Positions 59,934 to 64,000 of a stretch of 64,000 bases of DNA are shown one piece after another. The notes under the pieces were generated by a model. That model saw only the letters and a list, made by a program, of their open reading frames with translations. It did not search any database and was not told where the DNA came from. The stretch is taken from positions 92,442,001 through 92,506,000 of the forward strand of contig OX597822.1 of assembly GCA_951406725.2 (NCBI GenBank), given 5' to 3'. The stretch's first letter is position 1. Each line of letters begins with the position of its first letter. The DNA is from Octopus vulgaris (lineage: Eukaryota). The translations under genes were made by a program, and so were the position numbers.

Positions 59934-59969
59934 CTTTTACGTTTCGAGGCTACGCACTTCTACAGAAAG
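59934..59969 (-). ncRNA. Decayed minimal hammerhead in a pLTR-like repeat (59845-60032); sister copy at 56783-56975
   Basis: cttt-CTGTAGA-agtgcgtagcctc-GAAAC-GTA-aaag. Confidence 0.6.
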
Positions 59970-60032
59970 GGACACAAAAAAAACAAGGAGCCAAAAAAAG
60001 TGTGTAGTGGCTAACGATCTATCATGGCAACT

Positions 60033-64000
<3,968 letters not shown>

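Overview
Eukaryotic, very AT-rich and repeat-dense DNA. The SINE/LINE repertoire and (TA)n load suggest a coleoid cephalopod such as Octopus (inference). The only host gene I can support is a KDM4/JMJD2 histone lysine demethylase on the minus strand. Six coding exons (36190-36059, 32035-31860, 29790-29432, 8281-8178, 5435-5298, 1092-947) splice in phase through GT-AG introns and give the complete JmjN+JmjC module; the gene continues past the left edge and its first exon was not located. The rest is mobile DNA and simple repeats: CR1/L2-like LINEs, RTE LINEs carrying a PHD finger, tRNA-derived SINEs, Penelope-like elements (PLEs), mariner, maT, hAT and Helitron remnants, and a 2.2-kb (TA)n. The main signal not visible in the ORF track is 19 type I hammerhead-ribozyme motifs (intact, decayed or partial) in about a dozen different flanking contexts. 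Most have a palindromic stem III, and several sit in divergent inverted pairs next to (TA)n. One is linked to a GIY-YIG remnant, and one intact copy with a perfect 24-bp stem I (19372-19449) lies in sense orientation in the 21-kb KDM4 intron. All structures were read by eye; none was folded or searched computationally.
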